A stretch of 64,000 nt of DNA, from contig JBBSFT010000002.1 in the NCBI GenBank assembly GCA_038254845.1, forward strand, positions 5,059 through 69,058. The letters are read 5' to 3'. Under the pieces are notes generated by a model that ran no database searches, was not told the DNA's origin, and worked only from the letters and a program-made list of their open reading frames with translations. Below, in pieces: positions 1 to 9,765 of the stretch. Position numbers and translations under genes: made by a program. Positions within the stretch are counted from its first letter, which is position 1, and every line of letters starts with the position of its first letter. This DNA comes from Gemmatimonadales bacterium (GTDB taxonomy: Bacteria > Gemmatimonadota > Gemmatimonadetes > Gemmatimonadales > Gemmatimonadaceae).

Positions 1-174
1 ATTGGTGACATTCTCATAGATTGATAGGCACGCGCAAAATGGAAAAAGGATGACGTCCCCGCTTGCTCCCGGCAAAGCGCCACAGTAAGTATAGTCGCAG
101 CCGTTACTCGCGGCGTCGCCCGGAAAGCTAGCGGCGCCGCAATCCCCCAGCAATTGGAGTACAGAGCGTGACCG

Positions 175-1908
175 ATGCGTAAGCTACGTTTCATCGCGAT
201 ACCAGGCGCCCTGATCTCGTCGATCGCGCGCAACAGGCTCCTGATCTCGCGAGCCGCAATCGGTCTCGTCGTCGCAGCCGTGCCATCGGTGAATTCGCTC
301 GCGGCTCAGGAAAACGTTGGCGGACGCGACGAAGTCTTTGCGGGAAGTGTTTTTGAGAGTTACCTCCGCTATCTGCAGACACTCGGCAAGGCGGACTTTT
401 ATCCGCTTGGCATTCGCGGCTATTCGCCGTCGGAAGTCGATCTAATGGCAGCTCACGATTCGGTTCATCCATGGGCCAATCGCTATTCGTTCCAACGGGA
501 CACGACGTCCGGGCCGAAGATTGACGTCCTCCGCGCGAATCTCGGATTCACGTTCAACACGTCGTTCCCCTATGGCGGCAATGATGGAGTGGTGTGGGCC
601 GGAAAGGGTCTGACGTCGGCGTTGCAGATGGGTGTAGCGATGCGGTGGGGCCCATTTTCAGCTCGCCTTGCGCCGGTCGCGTTCAGATCGGAGAACCAGA
701 CATTCGATCTTGCCGATAACGGACAGGTCGGTCTCGTTCGCTTCAACGATGGCCAGTTTCCGTTCCTGATCGATCACCCGCAGCGATTCGGCAACGACCC
801 GTACACTCGCATCGATCTCGGGGAAAGCGTGGCGCGGGTCGATGTGTTGGGGCTCACGGCGGGAATCTCCACGCAGAGCCAATGGTGGGGACCGGCGAAC
901 GACTTTCCGTATATCCTCGGCAACAACTCGGGCGGGTATCCGCACGTGTTCTTCGGGACGTCGAAACCGGCCGACGCGAAAATCGTGAAGCTTCACGGGC
1001 GACTGGTGTACGGAATGCTCGACCAGTCGAAATATTCGCCGGTCACTGGTCCGGACTACTTCACCAGCTTTTTCCAGCCCGGGAAGAGGCGTTTCATGGC
1101 CGGGCTTGTCGGCGTGATGGAAATCGCGGGGGCGCCGGGGCTCGAGGTGGGTGGAGGCAGATTTTTTCATGCGGCGAACGACCAGAGCGGAATTACCGCG
1201 CACAATCTTGGACTGCCGCTTCAGAATTTCTTCAAGCGCCGGCTCAGGAATGAAGGTCAGTCCAACCTTGGTGACAATACAAGCCTGAAAGAAAACCAGC
1301 TGGCCTCGCTCTTCATGCGGTGGGCACCGCCGGGAAGCGGATTCGACGTCTACGGCGAGTTCGGTCGCGAGGATTTCAGCGCCGATCTCCGCGACCTGCT
1401 TCTCGAGCCCGAGCACTCAGCCTCAACGAATCTCGGATTTAGAAAAGCGTGGATGCACGGTAACACCCTCAGCGCCGTTCGCGCCGAGGGCTTTTCGTAT
1501 GAGGCGTCCGCGGGATCACGCACTCGCGGCGAAGGGCAGACATACATTCACGGAACGCTCTTTCAGGGTCACACGAATCGCGGCCAACTGCTGGGCGCTA
1601 ATGTCGGAGCGGGCAGTGGCAGTGCGCAGACCGTCGCCTACGACAGGTTCGCGAGCGGGGGCCGGATGACAGCGTTCTTTTCGAGAGTGACCGCGCGCGA
1701 GCAGTTCGGAATTGTCGCCGGTGCCGGCGCCTCAACGACGCTCAAGCGTGCGGTTGACGTCACGAACTCGGTCGGCGGAGAGGTCAACCGGTTCGTCGGA
1801 CCCTTCGACATCGGCGCCCGCCTCACGTTGACCTCCGAGCTGAATCGCAATTTTCTGAAGGACGCGAGTAACGCGCTGTTCGGGCTCACGGTCTCCCAGC
1901 GTTTCTAG
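175..1908 (+). CDS. wzi: Capsule assembly Wzi-family outer-membrane beta-barrel
   Basis: 577 aa with N-terminal signal-like segment, WWGP...ILGNNSGGYPH motif, YGEFGRED motif, C-terminal aromatic beta strand (LTVSQRF); lies at the edge of a polysaccharide locus. Confidence 0.75.
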   Translation: MRKLRFIAIPGALISSIARNRLLISRAAIGLVVAAVPSVNSLAAQENVGGRDEVFAGSVFESYLRYLQTLGKADFYPLGIRGYSPSEVDLMAAHDSVHPWANRYSFQRDTTSGPKIDVLRANLGFTFNTSFPYGGNDGVVWAGKGLTSALQMGVAMRWGPFSARLAPVAFRSENQTFDLADNGQVGLVRFNDGQFPFLIDHPQRFGNDPYTRIDLGESVARVDVLGLTAGISTQSQWWGPANDFPYILGNNSGGYPHVFFGTSKPADAKIVKLHGRLVYGMLDQSKYSPVTGPDYFTSFFQPGKRRFMAGLVGVMEIAGAPGLEVGGGRFFHAANDQSGITAHNLGLPLQNFFKRRLRNEGQSNLGDNTSLKENQLASLFMRWAPPGSGFDVYGEFGREDFSADLRDLLLEPEHSASTNLGFRKAWMHGNTLSAVRAEGFSYEASAGSRTRGEGQTYIHGTLFQGHTNRGQLLGANVGAGSGSAQTVAYDRFASGGRMTAFFSRVTAREQFGIVAGAGASTTLKRAVDVTNSVGGEVNRFVGPFDIGARLTLTSELNRNFLKDASNALFGLTVSQRF

Positions 1909-1965
1909 AACTCGAGCATGCCGCGGCTGAGACTGGTTCTCGTCGCGGAGGGACTGCGGACGAGG

Positions 1966-2997
1966 CTAGGAGTTCCGCGACTGCGGGCGCATCGGCTTGA
2001 TGCGCTCCACGACAAGGTATGCCGCGGACAGTAAAACTGCGCCAATGAAAATCGATGCCAGAAACAGCGCCGGTTCCTTCCACGCGACGATCGCGAGGAT
2101 CGCGAGGACGAAGTTGAACAGGAGAATCATCGAGCTCACCTGCGCGTGCGTTCTACCGGCTTGCACGAGCCTCTGGTACGCATGGCTGTGATGAGCGTGA
2201 TGCCAGCTGTGTCCCTGCGCGATACGGCGGCAGAGTGTCACTGTCGCATCGAAGATGAACACGCCGAGCAACAGCACCCAGAGCATGAGTGGAATGGCGC
2301 CCGAGTTTTCGGAGGCAATCGCCAGTGTCGCGAAGAGGTATCCGAGGAGACCGCTGCCGGCATCTCCCATGAACAGCCGGGCCGGAGACCAGTTGAGCGG
2401 AAGAAAGCCGAGGTTGGCGGCCGCGATCAGAAGAGAGATGAGCGCAAGCGCCGGGTGACCCATTCCGATCAGGAGCAGCCCGCCGATCACCCCGGTGCTC
2501 ACGGCTTCGCCGGCGGCGAGCCCGTCGATTCCATCTACGAAATTGTAGAGATTGATCGCCCATACTATTCCAAGCGCGCCGAGAAAGAGTCCGGCGAGCC
2601 CGAGGCGTGCCACAAAAATGCCGAGACTGAGCGAGGGAAGTCCGCCCAGCCAATACATGGCCCACGCCGCGGAAATGAACTGAACCGTGAAGCGTGTCAA
2701 CGGCGAGAGGCTGCGGTGGTCGTCGATCCATCCTACCGTGGCGATCATCAGTCCACCGCCGACTAGAGCGATGGCAAGATCCCTGGGCACCCAGTTGAGG
2801 CTCGATGCCAGCGCGATGCCGCCCAGCGTGGTCACCGCGATCGCGAAACCGCCGCCGCGAGGTGTGGGACGCGAATGAGAGCTGCGCTCGTTCGGGATGT
2901 CGAGCATGCGGTCGAGTGCGTACAGACGCACCCGACTCGCGAGCAGCCAGCTTAGCACAGCCGCTGATGCGAGAAACACAAGCATGCCAGTTGTCAT
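1966..2997 (-). CDS. Polyprenyl-phosphate HexNAc-1-phosphate transferase (WecA/WbpL/MraY family), initiating transferase
   Basis: DIPNERSSHSRPTPRGGG, GWIDD, NLYNFVDGIDG, FMGDAGS, HHSHAYQRL motifs; polytopic. Confidence 0.9.
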   Translation of the reverse strand: MTTGMLVFLASAAVLSWLLASRVRLYALDRMLDIPNERSSHSRPTPRGGGFAIAVTTLGGIALASSLNWVPRDLAIALVGGGLMIATVGWIDDHRSLSPLTRFTVQFISAAWAMYWLGGLPSLSLGIFVARLGLAGLFLGALGIVWAINLYNFVDGIDGLAAGEAVSTGVIGGLLLIGMGHPALALISLLIAAANLGFLPLNWSPARLFMGDAGSGLLGYLFATLAIASENSGAIPLMLWVLLLGVFIFDATVTLCRRIAQGHSWHHAHHSHAYQRLVQAGRTHAQVSSMILLFNFVLAILAIVAWKEPALFLASIFIGAVLLSAAYLVVERIKPMRPQSRNS

Positions 2998-3139
2998 GGT
3001 GAAAACTGAGTGACGGTCATGTCTCCGCTGTGGAAATCAATGTCTCACGCTGGACTCTACTGCCCGACGGGGAAACCCGCAACGTTGGCGGAGCAAGTGC
3101 GCGAAAATGTTTCCCGAGCCTTGATGCGCCATGACCGGA

Positions 3140-4132
3140 CTACAGTAACGAGAGCCTGTAGCCCGCAACCGCGGCGGCCATGTTGGCGTCGAGATCGGAG
3201 TCGAGCACAACACCAAGCTCCCGCTGAATACGATCGCTGCTGAAGCGGGTGTTCCCCGCGAGCTTGTCGATCTGGTCCGCGGAAACCGGCAGCGTGATAC
3301 CCACCGCATGTTTGAGCAAATCCGCGACACTTCCGGCGGCACGCAGAACGAATGTCGGAGCCCGACGCGGCGTCCCCGTCTTGCCAAGGGCTCTGGAGAT
3401 CGCAATGACAATCTCGTTCAAGGTGGCCTCGTGAGGATCGGCCACGATGTAAGTCTTCCCGGCCGCGCGCGGATCAGCGGCGACGTGAATCGCCGCTCGC
3501 GTCACGTTCTCAATCGATACCATCGACTTGATGTTGTCACCAGACCCCGGAATTACGAAGCGACCTCGCGCGATTGCGTCGATCAGCCGTCTCACGTTCC
3601 CACGATCACGCGGCCCGTACACTACCGGCAGGCGTAACACCGTTACCCGCATGGCGTCGCCCATCGACAGGACAGCTGCTTCCGCCGCGAGCTTGGACGT
3701 GCCATACGGAGTCAGCGGCCCGACGGGCGACTGTTCGTCGAGCATATCATCACTCTCCGGATAGACTGCGACCGTGCTGAACAGCACAAATGCTGACACA
3801 CCAGCGACGACGGCTGCATTCGCAACCGCCCTGGTTCCATCAACATTTACCCGGTTGCAATCCGCCACCGATGCGGCCGGATGATGCACTGTCGCCGCGA
3901 GGTGAAACACGGCATCCGCTCCGCCCATGGATTCCGCCAGCGAACTCTCGTCGAACAAGTCGGCGGCCGCGAGCGTCAGCCTCGGCATGCCGGTGAGGTG
4001 CGCCGGATCGGACGTGGGTCCGACGAGCGCGCGAACCTCCCATCCCGCATCGGCCAGCCGGTCGCAGAGAACGCTTCCAATTCCGCCAGTCGCACCGGTG
4101 ACAAACGCACGCCGTGATGGCCCGCCGCTCAT
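3140..4132 (-). CDS. NAD-dependent epimerase/dehydratase (extended SDR; WbpK/WbpV-like 4-keto-sugar reductase)
   Basis: TGATGGIG Rossmann motif, YGTSK catalytic YxxxK, adjacent to the WbpL-like gene. Confidence 0.85.
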   Translation of the reverse strand: MSGGPSRRAFVTGATGGIGSVLCDRLADAGWEVRALVGPTSDPAHLTGMPRLTLAAADLFDESSLAESMGGADAVFHLAATVHHPAASVADCNRVNVDGTRAVANAAVVAGVSAFVLFSTVAVYPESDDMLDEQSPVGPLTPYGTSKLAAEAAVLSMGDAMRVTVLRLPVVYGPRDRGNVRRLIDAIARGRFVIPGSGDNIKSMVSIENVTRAAIHVAADPRAAGKTYIVADPHEATLNEIVIAISRALGKTGTPRRAPTFVLRAAGSVADLLKHAVGITLPVSADQIDKLAGNTRFSSDRIQRELGVVLDSDLDANMAAAVAGYRLSLL

Positions 4133-4228
4133 GGCTCCCGCTTATAATTGTCAGACTATGCTCACTATCGCGAGCCCCCGGCACGACGCAAAGTCGCCCG
4201 ACTGTGGCCTTAATATAGCCGCGTCCCG

Positions 4229-5446
4229 ATGAGGGTCGGCGTGGTGAGCGAATACTACGATCGAACGGGCAGCACCCCGACGGTTCTCTTCGATCTCGTC
4301 AACCACCTGCGGCGAACGCGCCCCGATCTCACGTTCGATATTGTCGCGAGTCGCAATCAGTACCGGGGAAGCAAGCTCCTTCCATTTCGCGAGGATTCGG
4401 ATGGAGTCGAGATCACCCGCCTCAACACTCCGAAGTCGAATCGGCCGTCAACGGCCGTGCGGCTTGGTGCGGGGTTCGCGTTCACCGCCGCCGCAACGAT
4501 CGAGCTGATGAGGCGGCCGAAGCACGACGTTCTCCTTGTCGTCACGAATCCCCCCTCGCTCGTAATGGCAGCGAGGACGCTGAAAGCGCTCCGTGGAACT
4601 CCCTACGTCTACCTCGTCCACGATCTTTATCCCGACGTGGCAAACGTCCTCGGGGTGCTGCCGCGCGAAAGTCGCGCGTCACGTGCGCTCGCGAGCCTCC
4701 AGCGCCAGTGGTTGAGATCGGCCGCGCGCACGATTGTGCTCGGCCGATGCATGAGGGACTATGTGATCAGGAATTACTCGGTCGCTTCTGATCGGATCGA
4801 CGTCATTCCGAACTGGGGAGACCCTGAAGCGATCCAGCCATCGACCACGAGCCGGTTTCGATCCGCCAATGACCTTGACGGGATCGTCGCGCTCTACTCG
4901 GGTAATTTCGGCCAGCACCAGGACTTCGACGTAATCCTGAATGCCGCGAAGATCCTCCAGGAAAAACGCTCACCAATCGTTGTGGCCCTCGCTGGCAGCG
5001 GTGCCCAGAAACCGCGAATCATGCGCCGCATCAATGAGGAGCGCATCAGCAACGTCAAAGTATTTCCACTGGCCCAGCGTGACGATTACTCCGACATGCT
5101 TGCCGCGGCCGACATCGGGCTCGTCACTCTCGCGGGCGGCGCCGAAGGCATCGGAGTACCGAGCAAATTCTATAACATCCTCGCGTCGGGCCGGCCGACT
5201 GTTGCGGTTGTCGCCCCGACTTCGGAAGTCGCGCTCGTCCTGAACGAGGCGCGCGCGGGGTTGCAGGTTAACCCCGGTGACGCGAGTGCTCTCGCGGAAG
5301 CTCTCGAGAGTCTTGCCAACTCTCAGTCGGACAGGGCCGAGATGGGTACCAATGCGCGGAAGGTCCTTGTCGATCGTTTTACGCTCGACACCATCGGCGA
5401 AAGCTTTTACAGCACGCTCGTGACGGCTGCGCTACGCCCGACGTGA
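4229..5446 (+). CDS. GT4 glycosyltransferase (WbuB-like)
   Basis: VTNPP, HDLYPD, YSGNFG, VPSKFYNILASGRP motifs. Confidence 0.88.
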   Translation: MRVGVVSEYYDRTGSTPTVLFDLVNHLRRTRPDLTFDIVASRNQYRGSKLLPFREDSDGVEITRLNTPKSNRPSTAVRLGAGFAFTAAATIELMRRPKHDVLLVVTNPPSLVMAARTLKALRGTPYVYLVHDLYPDVANVLGVLPRESRASRALASLQRQWLRSAARTIVLGRCMRDYVIRNYSVASDRIDVIPNWGDPEAIQPSTTSRFRSANDLDGIVALYSGNFGQHQDFDVILNAAKILQEKRSPIVVALAGSGAQKPRIMRRINEERISNVKVFPLAQRDDYSDMLAAADIGLVTLAGGAEGIGVPSKFYNILASGRPTVAVVAPTSEVALVLNEARAGLQVNPGDASALAEALESLANSQSDRAEMGTNARKVLVDRFTLDTIGESFYSTLVTAALRPT

Positions 5447-6700
5447 CGATACGATCGCGCCGGAATCCTCGTCCCGCCTGGGCTCAGACCCGGATTCCAG
5501 AATGTCACAAACGCGGGCGATCGACACTGAGCGGGTCCCAATCGACATCAGTAATTCCCTCGCCCGGGCGCCCTTCGCTCGCAGCTCTTCGTGCGACGAG
5601 GCACTGATCTCCCGCAGTACACGCTCGGCGCCGTCGACATCGCCATGCGCAACTCGCCAGCCAATATCCGCCTGAGCGAGAATCTCGGCCATCGGATTGC
5701 TTTCGGGTCCGAGAAGAAATATCGGCCGGCCCATCGCCATCGCCCCGTAGATCTTGCTCGGATGCACAATGCCCGGCATCGCATTGCCGATGCTCACGAG
5801 ATGAACGTCGGCGGCTGACAGCGAGTGCGTGAGCACGCCGCGCTCCTGATACGGAATAGACACAACATTCGCTGCAACATTGGCGTCGACCTCCGCCTTT
5901 CCAACCCCGCCACCGACAAAAGCGAGCAGTAGATGCGGGTCATCGCGAAGGCGGCGTGCCGCGTCCAGCACTGTGGTGAGCGGGTGCGAGAGCGCGTGGT
6001 TGCCACTGTACATGACGACCACTCGGTCACCAAACCCGTACTCGCTTCGAAACGGATTATCGACACCCTCAACCGGCTCGGCCGGCTCATCCGCGGCCCA
6101 CGGGCGAACGACCGACAGCCGACCCGCCACGTTGGCTTTCCCTTCGAGAATGCGTGCCATCATCGGATCGAGCGCAATGACTGACGACGCCCGTCGCAGC
6201 ACGAAACGATTCATCCAGTCGAACATCTTCACGAGGCTCGACTCCGCGGAAATTTTGTCGAGCGCTACCATCTGGTCGGGATTCACATCCATCGGCCAGT
6301 ATTTGAGCTGGACGCCCATCATGTGCGAGAGGGCTGCGGCAGCGACAGGGCCAAGCGGTGGCGATGTGCTGACGACCAGCGTGTGAACACCTTTCAATCT
6401 GGCAGCGGCAACAATCTCCTGCGCCATCAACACCGCACCCGATGCAAGGCGCAAGGCGATGGAGCTTTTGCCGAACGATCCGAGAGGAAGCCGGCGAACG
6501 TCAACGCCATTGAGTGTTTCGCGCGACGAAAATCTCCGAGATGGATTGTCGAAGCCGCGATTGGCTGTGAACACGACGACGCGATGCCCGCGCCGCACGA
6601 GCTCCTCCGCCGCGTCGGCGAGATGCTGTCCGAGCGCGGCCGGGTCGGGTGGATACACCTGCGTCAGAAAAACGAACCGCCGGCCACCGGGCACCTTCAC
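5432..6700 (-). CDS. GT4 glycosyltransferase (WbuB-like)
   Basis: LTQVYPPD, STSPP, MYSGNH, HPSKIYGAMAMGRP; GTG start overlaps the upstream TGA (GTGA). Confidence 0.85.
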   Translation of the reverse strand: MKVPGGRRFVFLTQVYPPDPAALGQHLADAAEELVRRGHRVVVFTANRGFDNPSRRFSSRETLNGVDVRRLPLGSFGKSSIALRLASGAVLMAQEIVAAARLKGVHTLVVSTSPPLGPVAAAALSHMMGVQLKYWPMDVNPDQMVALDKISAESSLVKMFDWMNRFVLRRASSVIALDPMMARILEGKANVAGRLSVVRPWAADEPAEPVEGVDNPFRSEYGFGDRVVVMYSGNHALSHPLTTVLDAARRLRDDPHLLLAFVGGGVGKAEVDANVAANVVSIPYQERGVLTHSLSAADVHLVSIGNAMPGIVHPSKIYGAMAMGRPIFLLGPESNPMAEILAQADIGWRVAHGDVDGAERVLREISASSHEELRAKGARARELLMSIGTRSVSIARVCDILESGSEPRRDEDSGAIVSSRRA

Positions 6701-7536
6701 GGCTTGACAGTTACTCCCGCAAGAAGTCCGGCTAACTCCGACACGTAATAGCGCGCCTTCTTTCGATCGGTGATCGTGTAAACGGCGATGCCTCCGCCGA
6801 CCAGCGCGATACGCTTTGCATATTTGCCCCACAGCCCGTGTTTTCTGCAAAGCCGGCCAAATCCGGCACGGTATGAATAGACCCGGCGAAGCGAAGCAGG
6901 AGATCCATGCTCGGTGATAGTCCGCGGATGAAAGAATTCGATGGTGGGCTGGAAGTAGAGCCGCTTACCTGCAGCCAATAACCGCAACACCCAGTCGTGT
7001 CCTTCCTCGGCACCGTGAAAGGTGCCGACTCCAAGCGTCTCGTCGAACGGGATCTCGCGAATCACTTTCATCCGCACTGCCGTCGCCGGCTCGACGAACA
7101 TTCCCTCCATGGTGCCGCGCGACAGCCAACCGGCGATGCTTCGGAATTTCACGATGCTATCGTGGCCGCTCTCATCGAGACAGCGTCCAAATACGACATC
7201 AGCACCCGTTCGATCGAGCTCGTCGAGCGCCCCACCAAGTGTCGATGGAAAAACGCGACAGTCATCGTCGGGTGTGAACAGCACCTCGGTCGTGGCGATA
7301 CGCGCAGCGAAATTCTTGGCGGCGGAAAGCCCCCTGAACGACACCCGATGATGCTCGATCGCGAGGGCAGGAAACCGCGAAACAATCTCGCTGACGCGGT
7401 TGTCGGCGTTCTGATCGACGATGATGATCTCAGTCGGAAGGGCTGCGGAACGAGCGATGGATTGAAGAAGTGTCTCGAGCTCAGCAGTTCTGCCCAGCGT
7501 CGGAACGGCGACGCTGAATGACCGCGTCCTAGCCAT
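6697..7536 (-). CDS. GT2 glycosyltransferase
   Basis: SVAVPTLGR, IIVDQN, PDDD (DxD); ATG at 7536 overlaps the wzz stop. Confidence 0.85.
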   Translation of the reverse strand: MARTRSFSVAVPTLGRTAELETLLQSIARSAALPTEIIIVDQNADNRVSEIVSRFPALAIEHHRVSFRGLSAAKNFAARIATTEVLFTPDDDCRVFPSTLGGALDELDRTGADVVFGRCLDESGHDSIVKFRSIAGWLSRGTMEGMFVEPATAVRMKVIREIPFDETLGVGTFHGAEEGHDWVLRLLAAGKRLYFQPTIEFFHPRTITEHGSPASLRRVYSYRAGFGRLCRKHGLWGKYAKRIALVGGGIAVYTITDRKKARYYVSELAGLLAGVTVKP

Positions 7537-8629
7537 CGGAGAATTGTTTCCCTGCTCTCCCAAAAGGCCTGAGCGGATGTTTGAGATCGCGGATGGCCTG
7601 GCGCTTCAGCTCGAGATAGTGATCGAATGCAGGCGTTGGTGCGGCCGCGGTCTCCGCGAGCCTTTCCCGGACGAACGCGAGCACGATGCCGATCATGAGG
7701 CCGGCAATCGCACCCAGTAGCGGATATGACAATGCCGCAGACTGCTCAGGCTCGAGCGGTCGTTCAGGATTCTCGAGCACAGTTACGGATGTGAGGGTCC
7801 TGGCGGCTTCGATGCGCGCGCGATCGTACGACTGGAGCAACGACGTGTACAGCTGTTGTTTCATCGTGACATCCCGCTGCAGCCGCGCGTTGGTCATGCC
7901 GAGCGAGGGTGACGAAAAATCGCGGTTCTCTACCCTGAACTGGACAACCTTATCTTCGGCGATCTGAAGCTCCGCCTTCGACTCGGCGACGCGCCCTTCG
8001 ATAAATTCTCGCTCGGCAGCGGCCTGCGCATGTTTTCGCGCGCGGGAATAGTCGTCGATCAGTGCGATCATCTTCCGGGCAACCTGTTGCGCGAGGTCCG
8101 GAAATGGAGCCTCGACATAAACCCAGATATTCCCCGTGCGCGACGATCCGGACACCCGGAGACCCGCGTTGAGAGTATTTGTCATTTCGTCTTCGTGGAC
8201 CTTGGCTGGGCCCTTCAGTCCGTAAAACCTGCTCAGTGGTCCGGACACTGAGCCTTTCTTCGTCTGAACCGTAAACGGCCCCGCGACAACTAGGTGGAGA
8301 AGCGGCGGAGATCTCAGGAGTTCACTGAAAAATGCCACTTCCTCAGCCGATGCAGTCGAGTGGGCAATGCCGAGCTGTGCGGCGAGTCCGTTCACGTCTG
8401 ATTGCTGATTCGCCGCGACGTTGATGCCGATCCGGGTGGTGTACGAGGGAATTGTGAAGTAGAACTTGAACGCTCCGAAGAGTCCGAATGCGACGATGAG
8501 AACCGCGATCATGCCGCGGTACTTGAGCAGCACGTTCGCAAAACCGAACAGCGATGTCTCCTCACGACTGCCCAGTATCTCGAGCTCTGGCGCGTCGATT
8601 GAGCCGGTCATCTCATGAATGTCGCTCAC
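7529..8629 (-). CDS. wzz: Wzz-like polysaccharide copolymerase (GNVR-type), copy 1
   Basis: N- and C-terminal TM helices flanking a coiled-coil (QQLYTSLLQSYDRARIE), Pro-rich motif before TM2; no kinase domain. Confidence 0.8.
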   Translation of the reverse strand: MSDIHEMTGSIDAPELEILGSREETSLFGFANVLLKYRGMIAVLIVAFGLFGAFKFYFTIPSYTTRIGINVAANQQSDVNGLAAQLGIAHSTASAEEVAFFSELLRSPPLLHLVVAGPFTVQTKKGSVSGPLSRFYGLKGPAKVHEDEMTNTLNAGLRVSGSSRTGNIWVYVEAPFPDLAQQVARKMIALIDDYSRARKHAQAAAEREFIEGRVAESKAELQIAEDKVVQFRVENRDFSSPSLGMTNARLQRDVTMKQQLYTSLLQSYDRARIEAARTLTSVTVLENPERPLEPEQSAALSYPLLGAIAGLMIGIVLAFVRERLAETAAAPTPAFDHYLELKRQAIRDLKHPLRPFGRAGKQFSDG

Positions 8630-9762
8630 GCCGCGCTCTCCGCCGGTCGTGGTGAAGCTGCCGTCGCTTCATACACTGCCAGCGTCTCTCGAGCCGTGTT
8701 CTCCCACGAAAACCGAGCGGCGTTAGTGTAGCCGTTTGCGACGAGACGAGCGCGAAGATCGGGGTCAAGGAGACACTTTCTGAGCGCACCCGCAATATCC
8801 GGCACAGACAAAGGGTCGAAGAACAACGCGCCTGATCCCGCAACTTCGGGAAGCGATGCAACACCGGAACAGGTGACCGGCACGCCCATTCGTTGCGCTT
8901 CGATCACCGGCAGGCCAAAGCCTTCGTAAATCGAGGGCAGCACAAAGAGCGACGCCCCCTTCAAGGCGCCCGCCACGTCGGCATTCGGAAGGTATCCGGT
9001 GAAATGAATTCGGTTGCCGGCCTTTGCCTCGAGGACGCGCTTGTCGTCCGCATTGCCGGGGAGATTTCCGATCACAACGAGTGAATGAGGAATGACCTCC
9101 TTGATCTGTTCAAAAGCGTTCACAAGTCGCAGGATGTTTTTATGGCTCGGTAACGCACTGAACGCCAGGATGTACGGAATGCCGGCGGCCGGATCGTAGT
9201 CAGGGACACCAGCGATCTGGTCCGCGTCGAGATGGTGGGCGGGCGCGAGATGAGTGACGCTCACCTTCTCGGCCTGCACGCCGAGCTTCCCCACAATTCC
9301 GGTCTTCGAGAACTCGGAAACCGTGATGACATGATCGGCCCGGCTCACGCTCCTCTCGACAAAGAATTTCAACACGCGTCGGCCGTGTGGCGTACCCCAT
9401 CCGTCGTGACTCAGGAAATTGAGATCATGGACAGTCACTACCTGGCGAGCGCGGGATGCGAGCGGAGCGACGTAACCGAGCGAGTGAACGATGTCCACCT
9501 TCGCGCGACCGATCTGGAACGGCAAAATTCCCTGCTCCCATCCATACCGTACCATCCGCCTGAGCGGCACGAACGGGCACACCACGCGCTTGAAATTCTC
9601 GCCCGGCGTAATGTCCATATCGGCGCCGAGCTTGTTTAGAAAAACGAGGTACTCGTTGTCGTTGTCGATTTTGGCAAGGTTATGAATCAGCGACCGGGCG
9701 TAGGTCTCCGTTCCTCCTACAACGCCGGGAATCAGATAAAGAAGATTCAGCGCAATCCGCAT
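8626..9762 (-). CDS. GT4 glycosyltransferase (MtfB/WbpY-like)
   Basis: TVHDL, HKN, PSIYEGFGLPVIEA, SLPEVAG, FSWE motifs. Confidence 0.9.
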   Translation of the reverse strand: MRIALNLLYLIPGVVGGTETYARSLIHNLAKIDNDNEYLVFLNKLGADMDITPGENFKRVVCPFVPLRRMVRYGWEQGILPFQIGRAKVDIVHSLGYVAPLASRARQVVTVHDLNFLSHDGWGTPHGRRVLKFFVERSVSRADHVITVSEFSKTGIVGKLGVQAEKVSVTHLAPAHHLDADQIAGVPDYDPAAGIPYILAFSALPSHKNILRLVNAFEQIKEVIPHSLVVIGNLPGNADDKRVLEAKAGNRIHFTGYLPNADVAGALKGASLFVLPSIYEGFGLPVIEAQRMGVPVTCSGVASLPEVAGSGALFFDPLSVPDIAGALRKCLLDPDLRARLVANGYTNAARFSWENTARETLAVYEATAASPRPAESAA

Positions 9763-9765
9763 CGA

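Noticed and set aside
109-140. GC-rich hairpin upstream of wzi
   Set aside because: No U-tract and no recognisable riboswitch or terminator features
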